64,000 nucleotides of DNA, taken from positions 5,120,001 through 5,184,000 of the forward strand of contig OY760937.1 in assembly GCA_963664225.1 (NCBI GenBank), written 5' to 3'. A program made the translations under genes and the position numbers. Source of the stretch: Verrucomicrobiia bacterium. Its GTDB lineage: Bacteria; Verrucomicrobiota; Verrucomicrobiia; Limisphaerales; UBA1319. Under the pieces are notes generated by a model. The model worked only from the letters and a program-made list of their open reading frames with translations, made no database searches and was not told the origin of the DNA. Below are positions 1 to 10,682 of this stretch, piece by piece; the first letter of the stretch is position 1, and every line of letters begins with the position of its first letter.

Positions 1-516
1 GTGCTGGTGGTCAAAAACAAGGCTGCGTTTGAAACTCGATACGGCACGGGATTGCCTGTGGCCGGAGAGTATTCCGGGAAATTGGGTAATGCGGGCGAGC
101 ACATTGTGGCGCAACTCGGCGACGAAGTGGTGCTTGATTTTACCTACGGAACCACAGCGCCCTGGCCCACATCGCCGGATGGCGTTGGAACTTCGCTCGA
201 GGTGATTGATCCCAATGGGGACTTGAATTCGCCTTTGAACTGGCGTGCCAGTTACGTCCTGGGCGGCACACCGGGGCAAGCGAATCCCGGACCGGTTCAC
301 ATCGAGTCCGTGGTTTCAAGCGATTCACAACTGAGATTTCGTTTCAATGGACGGATGGGCGCCGGATACACCATTTACGCGTGCGATTCCCTCGCGGGCG
401 GGACGTGGCGGATCGCCAAACAAGGGGAAGTGGCTGCTGCAGATGGCCCGATCGATGTGACTCTGGACATGGAAAACAGCGTTGGAGAAAGATATTATCG
501 CGTCTCTGTTCCGTGA
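1..516 (+). CDS. C-terminal part of a large secreted protein (lamin-tail/CotH-associated type), 5'-truncated by window edge
   Basis: Open from base 1; GEYSGKLGNAGE, WPTSPDGVGTSLE and GGTPGQAN resemble lamin-tail-domain ends; final YYRVSVP beta domain is typical of verrucomicrobial secreted proteins. Confidence 0.6.
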   Translation: MLVVKNKAAFETRYGTGLPVAGEYSGKLGNAGEHIVAQLGDEVVLDFTYGTTAPWPTSPDGVGTSLEVIDPNGDLNSPLNWRASYVLGGTPGQANPGPVHIESVVSSDSQLRFRFNGRMGAGYTIYACDSLAGGTWRIAKQGEVAAADGPIDVTLDMENSVGERYYRVSVP

Positions 517-556
517 CACGCTTCAACCAGGAATTCCCGGTTTGGTTTGGGCGAAA

Positions 557-3500
557 TTACGACGTCAGGCCGCCGGGAATTGGCATCCAAATACTGAAGG
601 ACGAGCCGCGTCCCAGTTCGGACTCGACCTGCAGACCCAGCCCCTGATCTTTGGCCAGCTCGTAAACCATGGATAATCCCAGGCCTGTGCCACGGCGTGT
701 GGAAAAGGCCTTTGTGGTATAAAATGGTTCAAATATGCGGGACAGGCTCTCTGGAGGAATGCCGCATCCGGCATCCTTCACGGTAACGACCGCATACGCG
801 GAAGCTGGAACGGGATTGAGCACCATGATTTCGGGATGGGTGGAAGCCAGCTGGGAAGTCAGGGTGATCGTCCCGTGGCCGCCCATGGCGTCAGCGGCGT
901 TCAAAATCAAATTAACCAGCATTTGCTGCAGTTGCTCTTTTGCGCAGGGCAGGGGTGGAATGGAAGCGTCGAAATGTTGGCGGAATTCGATGGCATTTTG
1001 AAATGGATCGCCCATCAGCTTCAAGGTGGCGTCAATGAGCGCATTAATGGAGGCGCGAGTGGGGGAGCTTGTTTTACCAAAGCCAAGCATCGATTTGACG
1101 ATGGAAGTTCCCTGATCCACCACCGTTTTGATGCGATTGACCCTGACACGGATTTTATCCGGGTCGTTCAGATTGCTTTCGATAATCTGGGCGGAACCCT
1201 TGATAATGGAGAGAATGTTGCTGAAATCATGGGCGATGCCGGCCGCCATGGTTCCAAGGGCTTTCATTTTCTGGCTGTGAAGCAATGCCTGGTTGGCCTG
1301 TTCCAGATCATGCGTCCGCTGGGCCACGATCTTTTCGACTTCGGCATAGCTTCGTTTTAACCGGCTATGCCGGTTTATGGCAACGACCGCAAAAAACAGG
1401 CTGATCACCAAGCCCGCGAACGAAATGAATAGGAGCCGCGTTTCCAGATACCACGGAACAATGACATTATACTCGAAGACGGCGGGATTTGCGGAGTCCA
1501 CATTCCCGCTGGTGTCCATGGCGCGCACTTCCACCCGGTGAGCGCCGGGGGTTGTTTCGCGAAATGCAATGTTGTTCTCCGCCGTGAACGGAGTCCAGAG
1601 CACGCTTCCGCGCCTGAAGGAATACAAAAGCCGGTCGGAAGAGGTGAATTTCCATTTATCCACACCACTGAACGCGAGCGAGATGGTGGAATCGAGTATG
1701 AATTCTTTCTGTCCATTGACGCTGGAAACCTGCGCGCGCGGGGGATCCGTATCGGCCAGGGGATCGAAGAGGCTTAATCCCCGCGCAGTGCCAGCCCATA
1801 ACCGGTTGCCTTTGGATTGGATAAACACTTCGTAAACCGCGGAACTGGGCAGTCCTTCCTCCATGCCATTGACGAGCCAATTGCCGTTGAAAAACCGGTA
1901 CAGTCCATCGCCAGAGGCGACCCAGATCGTTCCGTCGGCTTCCTTGGCCATCGTATTTACCCGATCGAACATTGTGCGCGCCACCGACCAGGTCTTTCCG
2001 TTGAACTCGAAAATCTTGCTGCTCCCACCGATCCAGATGCGGTTCTCATCCACTGAGAGAAAGCTGAACCCAATGTCCGGCGCGTTCTCACTCGAACGCG
2101 TGTAGGATTTCCACTGGCCGCCGCTCCAGACCCCAACGCCTGCGTTGCCGCCGAGCCAGATTTCCCTTTGACCCGCGTTCGTGCGGACCTGACAGAAATA
2201 GAGTTCCGTGCCCAGGTTCCATGTCGGAGCGGCGTCGATCAATGGATTGAACGACCTGCCATCGAATGATTGAATCTGAAATTCCAGATGGTTTGTTTCA
2301 GAGCCAAAAATCTGAACAATCGCGGATCGATCATCCAATGCGCCCAGAATTTTGACCCGGCGGTTATCGGATCTTGTCAATGGGGTGAATTTAGTCGTGG
2401 CCGGATCGAAGAGCAGCGCCTGTTCCGTGGCGTTGAAGGCCATCAGCCCGTTGGGCAGGCCGCACAGCACATCCGTGGGTTGGAACTTTAATTCGAAATT
2501 GGGCGGAAAGGGAAATTGCGTCCAACGATTATTCACAAGTCGCGACAAAGCCGCCGCACCGACAAACCACAATCCATCGTGGTCATCTTCGGCTATGGCA
2601 TGAACCACCGTGGTTGAGGCGGCGGCGGATGGGCTCCGCCAGGACAGGGGCGCGTAGCGCGCCAGACCTTCCGAGGTGGCCAGAAAAAAGGCTCCTTTGG
2701 GCTGTATCGCCACATCGAAAAACTGCCCCGCCAGCAGAGCCTCCTGTTCCTGGACTTGACTGCCATCGGGTTCAACACGCGAAAGCGTATCAACCCCCAT
2801 CGCCCAGATGACGCCTTCGGGGCCGCGCCAGGCCTGTCTTACCTTGCCGCTGACCGTATTGATCGATTTCCATTCGCGTCCATCGAACACAGCGACCAAC
2901 CGCTCGTTGCGGACTGGTGATTCAGCCGTCACAGTAACACCGCCCTCGTCGTCTTCGAAGGGTTGCTGCAGGTTTTGAAGTTCCAATTCCGCGGGAGGAA
3001 TAAACTCCTGGATGACCACGCCGTTTTTCCATTCGCGGTTCGGTCCCGGCAGTTTTGCGATTCCGCGGGAGCCTGTGATCCATGCACCGCCATCTCGCGC
3101 CTCCGCCATGTCCAGGAGGCGTCCCAGATGCGTGTCTTTGGCGGCAATGACCACCCGCAGGTTATTCACCGATGGCTGGAATTCCATCAAGCTTTCGGGC
3201 AGGACAAACAGCACCCGTCCCGAGCGGCCGGGGATCATCGGGAATGGGCGAATTTTATAGCGCGGATTGCCCTGCAATTCGCTGCGAATTTCCAGAACGG
3301 GATACTCGACCCAACGGTCCCGGCGATACGCGGCAATGCCTCCGGAAAACAGGGACCACAATTGATTGGTCCGTGTTTCATAAATCCGGAATGTTCCGCC
3401 CGGAGGGCAGGGAAGTTGGTGAACCTCATAGCCATCGGTCCAGCTTAAAGTATCCGAGTCTCCATGGCGTATCCAGACCCGCTCGGAGGGGGAAATCGTC

Positions 3501-3676
3501 ACGGCTGTGGAAAGAGATTCCGCCAGGCCGTCGGCTGCCTTGTAAACACGCCAGTGAGGCGCCCGCTGTCCGCAAGCCGAAGGAGGCGCGGAGAGCACGA
3601 TTGCCAGGGCGCAGGCCCACCCTGCGGTTAATCTGTGTTGCCACAGAAGTGCCGCCATATTCCACAGGCCGTTCAT
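557..3676 (-). CDS. Sensor histidine kinase with periplasmic beta-propeller repeats, Y_Y_Y-like domain, TM, HisKA and HATPase (no receiver)
   Basis: Propeller-type motifs (LWAGTARGL, IWVASGDGL), TM helix, H-box AGIAHDFSN, N-box NLILNAADAM, DAGCGI, FEPFYTTK, GTGLGL; start uncertain (3715 TTG, 3676 or 3658 ATG). Confidence 0.85.
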   Translation of the reverse strand: MNGLWNMAALLWQHRLTAGWACALAIVLSAPPSACGQRAPHWRVYKAADGLAESLSTAVTISPSERVWIRHGDSDTLSWTDGYEVHQLPCPPGGTFRIYETRTNQLWSLFSGGIAAYRRDRWVEYPVLEIRSELQGNPRYKIRPFPMIPGRSGRVLFVLPESLMEFQPSVNNLRVVIAAKDTHLGRLLDMAEARDGGAWITGSRGIAKLPGPNREWKNGVVIQEFIPPAELELQNLQQPFEDDEGGVTVTAESPVRNERLVAVFDGREWKSINTVSGKVRQAWRGPEGVIWAMGVDTLSRVEPDGSQVQEQEALLAGQFFDVAIQPKGAFFLATSEGLARYAPLSWRSPSAAASTTVVHAIAEDDHDGLWFVGAAALSRLVNNRWTQFPFPPNFELKFQPTDVLCGLPNGLMAFNATEQALLFDPATTKFTPLTRSDNRRVKILGALDDRSAIVQIFGSETNHLEFQIQSFDGRSFNPLIDAAPTWNLGTELYFCQVRTNAGQREIWLGGNAGVGVWSGGQWKSYTRSSENAPDIGFSFLSVDENRIWIGGSSKIFEFNGKTWSVARTMFDRVNTMAKEADGTIWVASGDGLYRFFNGNWLVNGMEEGLPSSAVYEVFIQSKGNRLWAGTARGLSLFDPLADTDPPRAQVSSVNGQKEFILDSTISLAFSGVDKWKFTSSDRLLYSFRRGSVLWTPFTAENNIAFRETTPGAHRVEVRAMDTSGNVDSANPAVFEYNVIVPWYLETRLLFISFAGLVISLFFAVVAINRHSRLKRSYAEVEKIVAQRTHDLEQANQALLHSQKMKALGTMAAGIAHDFSNILSIIKGSAQIIESNLNDPDKIRVRVNRIKTVVDQGTSIVKSMLGFGKTSSPTRASINALIDATLKLMGDPFQNAIEFRQHFDASIPPLPCAKEQLQQMLVNLILNAADAMGGHGTITLTSQLASTHPEIMVLNPVPASAYAVVTVKDAGCGIPPESLSRIFEPFYTTKAFSTRRGTGLGLSMVYELAKDQGLGLQVESELGRGSSFSIWMPIPGGLTS

Positions 3677-3715
3677 GGAGGTCCCTACGATTGCTGTCCG
3701 GGCCGGGCCTGACAA

Positions 3716-4009
3716 TTAAAAACGCAGCGACCCAAAAAACGAAAGGGCGGCGGCGATCAGCAGAAAAATGGCAACGGCCCACCAAATTTTTCTGATTCCC
3801 GATGGACGGCGTTTTGGCGCGCCAAACTCGCGATTAACAAAATCGTCGTAATCGAAATTCTCGTCGGGCAAGTCGAGCCTTTGCGAATCGGCACTTTCAG
3901 ACCACCCCGTTTTTTCGCAGGAACCACATGCAGGGCACGCCAAGGCCTTGTCAGGAATCTCGGCACCGCAGTTCGGACAAAAATCAGGTCGTGCAAAGGA
4001 TGAACCCAT
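3716..4009 (-). CDS. Small zinc-ribbon membrane protein
   Basis: CPNCG...CPACG pairs, acidic FDYDDF patch, C-terminal TM; alternative TTG start at 4045. Confidence 0.7.
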   Translation of the reverse strand: MGSSFARPDFCPNCGAEIPDKALACPACGSCEKTGWSESADSQRLDLPDENFDYDDFVNREFGAPKRRPSGIRKIWWAVAIFLLIAAALSFFGSLRF

Positions 4010-4041
4010 ACGACGTCTTCTGACAGGAAAACGGGCGCTCG

Positions 4042-4623
4042 TCAACCCGGAGAGGCGAATTCCTCATCGGTCTCCAAATCCAGGCTCATCAGGACATAAT
4101 CATGGGACACCGCCTGCATGTCCTTGACATAGTCCGTCAGACGAACCAGCGAGTGGAAACCCAGAAGCCCGAAAACCTTCATCGCCGCCGCCTGTTCCTC
4201 GATGAATTCGGCCTCGATTTTTTCCAGGCCGATATGGCGCGCCGCCTCGACAATTTCATTCACCAAAGCTCTCGCAAGGCCGCGCCCCCGGTAGGCTGGA
4301 TGCACCAGCACGCTCACCCGGCCCACATGGCGTTTCCAGCCACCCAGCTGTTGATGGAGAGTGGCCACGCCGATGATTTTATTTTGCACCCGGGCCAGCA
4401 GCGGCAGGTTTCGGCCCAGGTCGATCTCCTGGCACCATTCATGGATGACCTGCGGATCTGTCACGCGATGTTTGATGAACATGCGTTCCTTTTCAGGAAC
4501 GGCCAGAAAGAATTCATGAAAATCCGTTTCATCATTGGCTTCAAGAGGACGTAATTGCGGCGACAATCCGTCCTTGAGGTGAATTTGCTTTGGATAGGCT
4601 TCAAGGGTTGTTTCGAGTGGCAT
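4042..4623 (-). CDS. GNAT family N-acetyltransferase
   Basis: Acetyl-CoA motif VHPAYRGRGLA; ATG at 4623 preferred. Confidence 0.8.
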   Translation of the reverse strand: MPLETTLEAYPKQIHLKDGLSPQLRPLEANDETDFHEFFLAVPEKERMFIKHRVTDPQVIHEWCQEIDLGRNLPLLARVQNKIIGVATLHQQLGGWKRHVGRVSVLVHPAYRGRGLARALVNEIVEAARHIGLEKIEAEFIEEQAAAMKVFGLLGFHSLVRLTDYVKDMQAVSHDYVLMSLDLETDEEFASPG

Positions 4624-4955
4624 AAGTGATGGACCCAGTACTCTTTTATTTTTCAACTCTGACCGTGGGACAGAACGCAGTATTTTGCGATTTCAGGTCG
4701 CCTGGCACTCTGTCAGGAGGATCATGGAGGATGATCTTTTCCCAACCTGTGATCCACGTTTTCCGTAGTCACCAACCAAACGAACCGGAACCCTCTTTGC
4801 AAAAACCACTCATGCACCGGACCTGGCCATTTGCGATGCATCTCATGGATGCGTCGCGTTGCTCAAAGTCCAAGGTGTTATTCGTTTTCGCACACTGCAT
4901 TCCGTCCTGCGGTCACGTCAATATACATCAGAATCGAGCGTTTGCCAAGCGACCT

Positions 4956-6059
4956 CTAAATGTTCTCGCCCAGGTTGGGTGGCATATCGTAAGTGGCAGT
5001 CGTTTCCGGGGTCAACGGAGAAGACTCAGCGGCCAGCAGGCGGTATTGCCGTATTTGCAGGGACACTTTTTGGCCATCATAGAGTCCCAATTGTGCGTAC
5101 TCCTCCTTGGTCATTCTGGCGCGAATGATTAATCCCGAGGGGAGTTCGAACTCCAAACGCAGCAGGATGCCCAGGAAAAAGGTGTGCATTAACACGGCCT
5201 GGTATCGGTACATGGTCAGATCGGTGGAGACTTGCACGGCATAGGGCCGGAATCCGATTCTCAGCCGCGAGCCATCCGGGTGTCCATGCGCCGGAAACTC
5301 CAGTTCGTTATTGCGCGCAATCCCGTTGGTGACCTCAAGTTCCAACACATTCATCACGCCGATGAATCGGGCCACAAATTCATTGGCCGGCTGGTCATAA
5401 ACTTCGCGCGGGTTGCCCATCTGTTCCATCTGTCCCCGTGAGAAAATCACGATGCGGCTGGCGACTTCCATTGCCTCTTCCTGGTCGTGGGTGACGAAAA
5501 GGGTTGTCACGTTGAGCTCATGATGAAGACGCACCAGCCACTCCCTCAATTCCTGCCGGATTTTCGCGTCCACCGCTCCGAAAGGCTCGTCCAGAAGCAG
5601 GACGCTTGGTTTGGGCGCCATGGAGCGGGCAATGGCCACGCGCTGACGCTGCCCCCCCGAAAGTTGATGCGGAAAACGCTTTTCGAGCCCTTCCAGGCCA
5701 AACAAAACCAGCAATTCCTCAACGCGAGCCTTGATGTCCGCCCGACGCCATTTTTTGATCTTCAATCCAAAGGCGATATTGTTTTGAACCGTCATGTTCT
5801 TGAACAAGGCGTAGCTTTGGAAAACAAATCCGATGTTTCTCTTCTGGACGGAGAGCTCGTTCACGCGCTCGTTACGAATGAGAATGTCGCCCGCAGTGGG
5901 CTCTTCCAGGCCGGCGATCATGCGCAACACCGTGGTCTTGCCGCACCCGCTCGGGCCAAGCAGCGCGACGAGTTCCCCGTCATTGACGGAGAAACAAATG
6001 TTCCGCACGGCGGCGACGCTTCCGAACTCCTTGGTTACATTGCGTAATTCGATGCTCAT
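4956..6059 (-). CDS. cysA: Sulfate/thiosulfate ABC transporter ATP-binding protein
   Basis: Walker A GPSGCGKT, LSGGQRQR, LLLDEPFG; ATGA overlap with cysW stop fixes start at 6059. Confidence 0.9.
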   Translation of the reverse strand: MSIELRNVTKEFGSVAAVRNICFSVNDGELVALLGPSGCGKTTVLRMIAGLEEPTAGDILIRNERVNELSVQKRNIGFVFQSYALFKNMTVQNNIAFGLKIKKWRRADIKARVEELLVLFGLEGLEKRFPHQLSGGQRQRVAIARSMAPKPSVLLLDEPFGAVDAKIRQELREWLVRLHHELNVTTLFVTHDQEEAMEVASRIVIFSRGQMEQMGNPREVYDQPANEFVARFIGVMNVLELEVTNGIARNNELEFPAHGHPDGSRLRIGFRPYAVQVSTDLTMYRYQAVLMHTFFLGILLRLEFELPSGLIIRARMTKEEYAQLGLYDGQKVSLQIRQYRLLAAESSPLTPETTATYDMPPNLGENI

Positions 6060-6961
6060 GATGGAAGAATGGGCTCCGGGATGGCGTTTTGTGCCAGTGC
6101 CTGGGATTTGCGGGTTTTCCACTCCAGGAAGGACTTCAGGCACAAAGTTAGAAGGGCGAGCAAACCCAGCAGGCTGGCCACGGCAAAAGCGGCTGCGCCC
6201 TGGTATTCATTGTAAAGCTTTTCGACCCGCAGCGGCATGGTATCAGTCTGCCCGGTGATGTGACCCGAAACCACGGATACCGCTCCGAATTCGCCCATGG
6301 CGCGCGCATTGCACAGGATGACGCCGTAGAGCAGCCCCCACTTGATCGAGGGCAGGGTGATATGCCAGAAGGTTTGCCAGCCGTTGGCACCCAAGGTCAT
6401 TGCGGCCTGCTCCTGTTCCGCGCCTGCGGCCTGCATGATTGGAATCAATTCCCGCGCGACGAATGGAAAGGTCACAAAAATTGTCACCAACACCAAGCCC
6501 GGCACCGCAAATATGATTTGAATATCTTTCTGATCCAACCAGGGCCCTGCAAATCCCTGCAAACCGAATAGGATCATGAACATCATTCCAGAGACGACCG
6601 GTGAAACCGAAAATGGCAGGTCGATCATGGTAATGAGAAGCGTTTTGCCATGAAACTCGAATTTGGCAATGGCCCACGAAGCTGCAATGCCAAAAACCGT
6701 ATTCAGGGGAACACTGATGGCGGAAACGATCAGCGTCAATTTAATGGCCGAGAGGGTGTCTGGATGCACCAGCGCATTCGCATAATACACGATGCCTTTC
6801 GAGAAGGCTTGAATGAAGACATTAAGCAAAGGCAGGACCAGGAACACGAGCAAAAACAGGAGGCTCACGCCGATCAGCGTAAACTTCAGCAGCGGGGGCT
6901 CCTCCCTCCCGCGAAGTGAGGCCTGCTTGAGGCCCTGTTTCATTTTAATGGGTCCGCTCAT
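6056..6961 (-). CDS. cysW: Sulfate ABC transporter permease CysW
   Basis: DLPFSVSPVV, EQAAMTLGA, ARAMGEFGAV; operon position. Confidence 0.92.
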   Translation of the reverse strand: MSGPIKMKQGLKQASLRGREEPPLLKFTLIGVSLLFLLVFLVLPLLNVFIQAFSKGIVYYANALVHPDTLSAIKLTLIVSAISVPLNTVFGIAASWAIAKFEFHGKTLLITMIDLPFSVSPVVSGMMFMILFGLQGFAGPWLDQKDIQIIFAVPGLVLVTIFVTFPFVARELIPIMQAAGAEQEQAAMTLGANGWQTFWHITLPSIKWGLLYGVILCNARAMGEFGAVSVVSGHITGQTDTMPLRVEKLYNEYQGAAAFAVASLLGLLALLTLCLKSFLEWKTRKSQALAQNAIPEPILPS

Positions 6962-6964
6962 GAT

Positions 6965-7792
6965 TCAGGATGCATGAAAACGCGACGCAAAGGATTCCAG
7001 CAAGTTGATCACTCCAAGCAATGCGAACGAGAGCACCAGCAGCACCATCGCAATGGCCGTTGCCCCCGCATAATTGTATTCTTCCAGCCGCATCATAATC
7101 AGCACCGGCGCGATTTCGGTTTTGTAGGGAAGGTTGCCCGAGATAAAGACCACCGAACCGTATTCGCCGATGGCGCGGGCGAATGAAAGAGCAAAACCAG
7201 TAATGATCGTTGGCAGGAGACTGGGCAGCAAGATCGAGACAAAAGTCCGCAGGCGACTGGCCCCGAGCGTGGCCGCCGCTTCCTCGATTTCCGGCTCCAG
7301 GGTTTCCAATACGGGTTGAAGAGTGCGAACGACAAAAGGCAGCCCCACAAAAGTCAATGCGATGACGACGCCCAGCGGGGTGTAGGCCCCGGAAATTCCC
7401 CATGGAACCAGAAACTGGCCCAGCCAGCCGTTGGCTGCAAAGAGATTGGAAAGTGTCAAACCCGCCACAGCCGTGGGTAGCGCAAATGGAAAATCGACCA
7501 GGGCATCGAGAAAACGTTTGCCAGGGAAGCTGTAGCGCACCAGAACCCAGGCGAGGATCGAGCCGAACACGGCGTTGATCAGCGCGGCCGCCAGCGAGGC
7601 TGTAAAGGTGAGCCGGTAGGCGGCCAAAGCGCGTTGCGTGGTCACCAATCTCCAGAATTCACCCCAGGTCAGCTCAAAGGTTTTGAGCAACATCGCCGCC
7701 ATTGGGATCAATACGATCAGCGACAGGTAAAGAAGGGTGAACCCCATCGCCAGTCCGAATCCCGGCAGTACGTTGAATCGCTTTTTGAACAT
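6965..7792 (-). CDS. cysT: Sulfate ABC transporter permease CysT
   Basis: LPGFGL, DFPFALPTAVAG, EEAAATLGA, ARAIGEYGSV. Confidence 0.92.
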   Translation of the reverse strand: MFKKRFNVLPGFGLAMGFTLLYLSLIVLIPMAAMLLKTFELTWGEFWRLVTTQRALAAYRLTFTASLAAALINAVFGSILAWVLVRYSFPGKRFLDALVDFPFALPTAVAGLTLSNLFAANGWLGQFLVPWGISGAYTPLGVVIALTFVGLPFVVRTLQPVLETLEPEIEEAAATLGASRLRTFVSILLPSLLPTIITGFALSFARAIGEYGSVVFISGNLPYKTEIAPVLIMMRLEEYNYAGATAIAMVLLVLSFALLGVINLLESFASRFHAS

Positions 7793-7807
7793 GTTGCCCA
7801 AAGTTTA

Positions 7808-8854
7808 TTACTGATGGTAGATCCGGTCGAACACTCCATCTTCGCTGAAAAATCGCGACTGCGCTTCCGCCCAGCTCCCCGCGACCTGTTTGATGGTAAA
7901 CATTTTCATCTCGGGATAGCGGCTGCGATATTTGGCCAGAATCCCGGGATTGGCGGGACGATACCCAAGCTTTGCCACTAATTCCTGGCCGGTGTCCGAG
8001 TAGAGATACCGCAGATATTCCTCCGCAGCCGCCCGCACTTTTGGTCCGCGGCGATCCACATTGCGATCCACGACCGAGACGCAAGGTTGCGCGAGAATTG
8101 AAATCGAGGGATAGATCACTTGGAAACGCGTGCGCCCATATTCCTTGAGGGCCAGATCCCCTTCATTTTCCCATGTGATGAAGACGTCGCCAATCTGTTT
8201 CTGCACAAAAGTGGTGGTGGCGCCGCGAGCCCCGCTATCGAGCACTGGTACATTATGAAACAATTGCGACACAAATTCCCGGGCCGCCTGCTCATCATTT
8301 CCCAACCCCAGAGTCACGTAGCCCCATGCGGCCAGAAAATTCCATCGCGCGCCGCCTGAAGTTTTTGGGTTTGGCGTCACCACCTGCGTTCCAGGCTTTA
8401 CCAGATCGGCCCAATCGTGAATGCCCTTGGGATTGCCCTGGCGCACCAGGAAAACAATGGTCGATGTGTAGGGAGAGGCTTCCCATGGCAGGCGGCTTTC
8501 CCAATTTGTGGCCAGGATATGGTGTTTTGCAATGACGTCGATGTCGTAGGCCAGAGCCAGTGTGACCACATCCGCCCGCAAGCCTTCGATCACCGACCGG
8601 GCCTGTTTGCCGGAGCCACCATGGGACTGCACGATTTTTACCGCATCCCCTGTAAGTTCCCGGTAATGGGTGATGAATTGAGCGTTGAACCCCTGAAATA
8701 ATTCCCGTGTCGGATCGTAGGAGACATTCAATAGCGAGATTTGATCTTCCGACGCTTGAACCCAATGGAGACCCATTGCAAGAACGGCAATGGCGGCCCA
8801 TCGGCAGATGCCCGCCCGCCGGCAACCAGACGCAATTCGAGCGTAATGTCTCAT
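7808..8854 (-). CDS. sbp: Sulfate-binding periplasmic protein
   Basis: Signal peptide; LLNVSYDPTREL, SHGGSGKQARSV, PNPKTSGGARW. Confidence 0.92.
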   Translation of the reverse strand: MRHYARIASGCRRAGICRWAAIAVLAMGLHWVQASEDQISLLNVSYDPTRELFQGFNAQFITHYRELTGDAVKIVQSHGGSGKQARSVIEGLRADVVTLALAYDIDVIAKHHILATNWESRLPWEASPYTSTIVFLVRQGNPKGIHDWADLVKPGTQVVTPNPKTSGGARWNFLAAWGYVTLGLGNDEQAAREFVSQLFHNVPVLDSGARGATTTFVQKQIGDVFITWENEGDLALKEYGRTRFQVIYPSISILAQPCVSVVDRNVDRRGPKVRAAAEEYLRYLYSDTGQELVAKLGYRPANPGILAKYRSRYPEMKMFTIKQVAGSWAEAQSRFFSEDGVFDRIYHQ

Positions 8855-9021
8855 TTGATTCGAGTTTCAGATATAAACAGGCGACCGCCCAATCCGTTTC
8901 CTGCATCAGAGCGAACGCGCTCTAAGTTAGCAAAAACTGGCGTAAAGTAAAGAAAAACAATGGCTTCGCAAACGCTCTCCCGGGTAAGACTTGCTTTTGG
9001 CTCAACGGGTCTGGAGAACGA

Positions 9022-9960
9022 TCAGGCCTGGCTTGCGGCGAGAACCCGGCGTGCCGCTTCGATATCGCTGGCGATTTGGATTTTCAAGGCGTCCAGCGAG
9101 GGGAATTGTTGCTCGGGGCGCAACATTTGCACCAATACGGTTTCGATCTTCTTCCCATAAAGATCGCCCTGAAAATCGAGCAGGTGAGCCTCCACGCGCA
9201 ACGGTGGTGTTTTCAATTCGAGGGTCGGTCGCACTCCTATATTCAACACGGCCTCGCAAGTCACCCCTTGCGCGTAAACGCGCGCCGCATAAACACCGCG
9301 AGGCGGCAGGATCAGGCCGGTCGCATCCAGGTTCACGGTGGGAAAACCAAGCTTTCGGCCGAGTTGATCGCCTTGGACGACGGGGGCAAAAATGGAGTAA
9401 GGTCGGCCCAGCATGTTTCGGACAGGATCCAGTTGCCCGGCCTCAATCGCCTCGCGGATGCGTGTGCTGCTGACCCGGTGCCCATCGACCATGACGGGCG
9501 GGATTCCATGCACCTTGTAACCAAATTTTCCAGCCAGCCGGTTCAGAAGATCCAGATTGCCCGAGCGTTGATGGCCAAAGCGAAAATTTGTTCCCACGCG
9601 AATCGAATTCAGGCGTCCGAAGCCCCTGACCAATTCTTCAATAAAGACTTCAGCCGATTTCTGGCTGAAGGCCAAATCGAAGTGGAGCAATAACAACGCG
9701 GCGGGTTCAAACTGGCTTAACACCCGGATTTTATGCTCCAAAGAATAGATCATTCCCGGGATTTTTCGCGTGGCCAGCACCGAGGCCGGATGGCGATCAA
9801 AGGTAACGATCACCGGCAGGGCATCCTGAAGGCGCGCATCCTCCAGGGTCTGCCGAATGACTTCCTGGTGGCCGACATGGACACCATCAAAAACGCCAAT
9901 CGCCGCGCAAACCGGGCGAGAGCCAGTGTCCAACAGGGACGCCTGGGCTGCGATGATCAT
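9022..9960 (-). CDS. ribF: Bifunctional riboflavin kinase/FAD synthetase
   Basis: GVFDGVHVGH, VSSTRIR, GRKLGFPTVN, NIGVRPT, EAHLLDF. Confidence 0.95.
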   Translation of the reverse strand: MIIAAQASLLDTGSRPVCAAIGVFDGVHVGHQEVIRQTLEDARLQDALPVIVTFDRHPASVLATRKIPGMIYSLEHKIRVLSQFEPAALLLLHFDLAFSQKSAEVFIEELVRGFGRLNSIRVGTNFRFGHQRSGNLDLLNRLAGKFGYKVHGIPPVMVDGHRVSSTRIREAIEAGQLDPVRNMLGRPYSIFAPVVQGDQLGRKLGFPTVNLDATGLILPPRGVYAARVYAQGVTCEAVLNIGVRPTLELKTPPLRVEAHLLDFQGDLYGKKIETVLVQMLRPEQQFPSLDALKIQIASDIEAARRVLAASQA

Positions 9961-10682
9961 ACTTTGGACGTGTCCACCAGGTTGAGAAATGGAATCACCC
10001 GTTTTTCCAGTTCCACCGTCGAAAGATTCAGGACCTGGTCCAGCGTGAGCGCGTTGGCCACGTTAAACGCGCCGGAAGAAATGCGGCGCAAGGTGGTCAG
10101 GTGAGCGCAGCAGCCTGCCTTCTCCCCAATTTCGTGGGCGACAGCGCGCACGTAGGTGCCTTTGGTGCAGGCGATTTGAAAGTGCCCCACCGGCTCCTCG
10201 TAAGACTGGAAGCGAAACTTGTAGATGTGAATGAGCCTGGGTTTGCGCTCCACTTCGATTCCCTTACGCGCCAGCTTATACAGGGGTATGCCGTTCTGCT
10301 TTTTGGCGGAGACCATGGGGGGCATTTGCATCTGGTCGCCGACAAAGGTGGCGGCCATTTCATTGACCTGGTCCAAGGTCATGGGCGGGACGGGGAGGGA
10401 CGCAACCAGTTCGCCGTCCGAATCGTAGCTATCGGTGGATTCGCCGAATTTCACATCCCCCTCATAGACTTTGTCGGAAGACATCAGGCGATCGCTCAGA
10501 CGGGTGGCCTTGCCCAGCACCAGGACCAGGAGGCCTGTGGCATTGGGATCCAGGGTGCCGCAATGGCCCACTTTGCTGATTTTAAAGCGGCGTCGGACCG
10601 CATCCACGATGTCATGGGAGGTGGGGCCGCAGGGTTTGTCGATAAGGAGGGCGCCGTCAAGCGCCTCAAATGTTTGAATCAT
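9957..10682 (-). CDS. truB: tRNA pseudouridine(55) synthase
   Basis: DKPCGPTSHD, KVGHCGTLDPNATG, CTKGTYVR. Confidence 0.95.
   Translation of the reverse strand: MIQTFEALDGALLIDKPCGPTSHDIVDAVRRRFKISKVGHCGTLDPNATGLLVLVLGKATRLSDRLMSSDKVYEGDVKFGESTDSYDSDGELVASLPVPPMTLDQVNEMAATFVGDQMQMPPMVSAKKQNGIPLYKLARKGIEVERKPRLIHIYKFRFQSYEEPVGHFQIACTKGTYVRAVAHEIGEKAGCCAHLTTLRRISSGAFNVANALTLDQVLNLSTVELEKRVIPFLNLVDTSKV

Noticed and set aside
4833..4857. 10-bp hairpin between cysA and the GNAT gene
   Set aside because: No U-tract and no second copy seen; cannot be assigned as terminator or REP element
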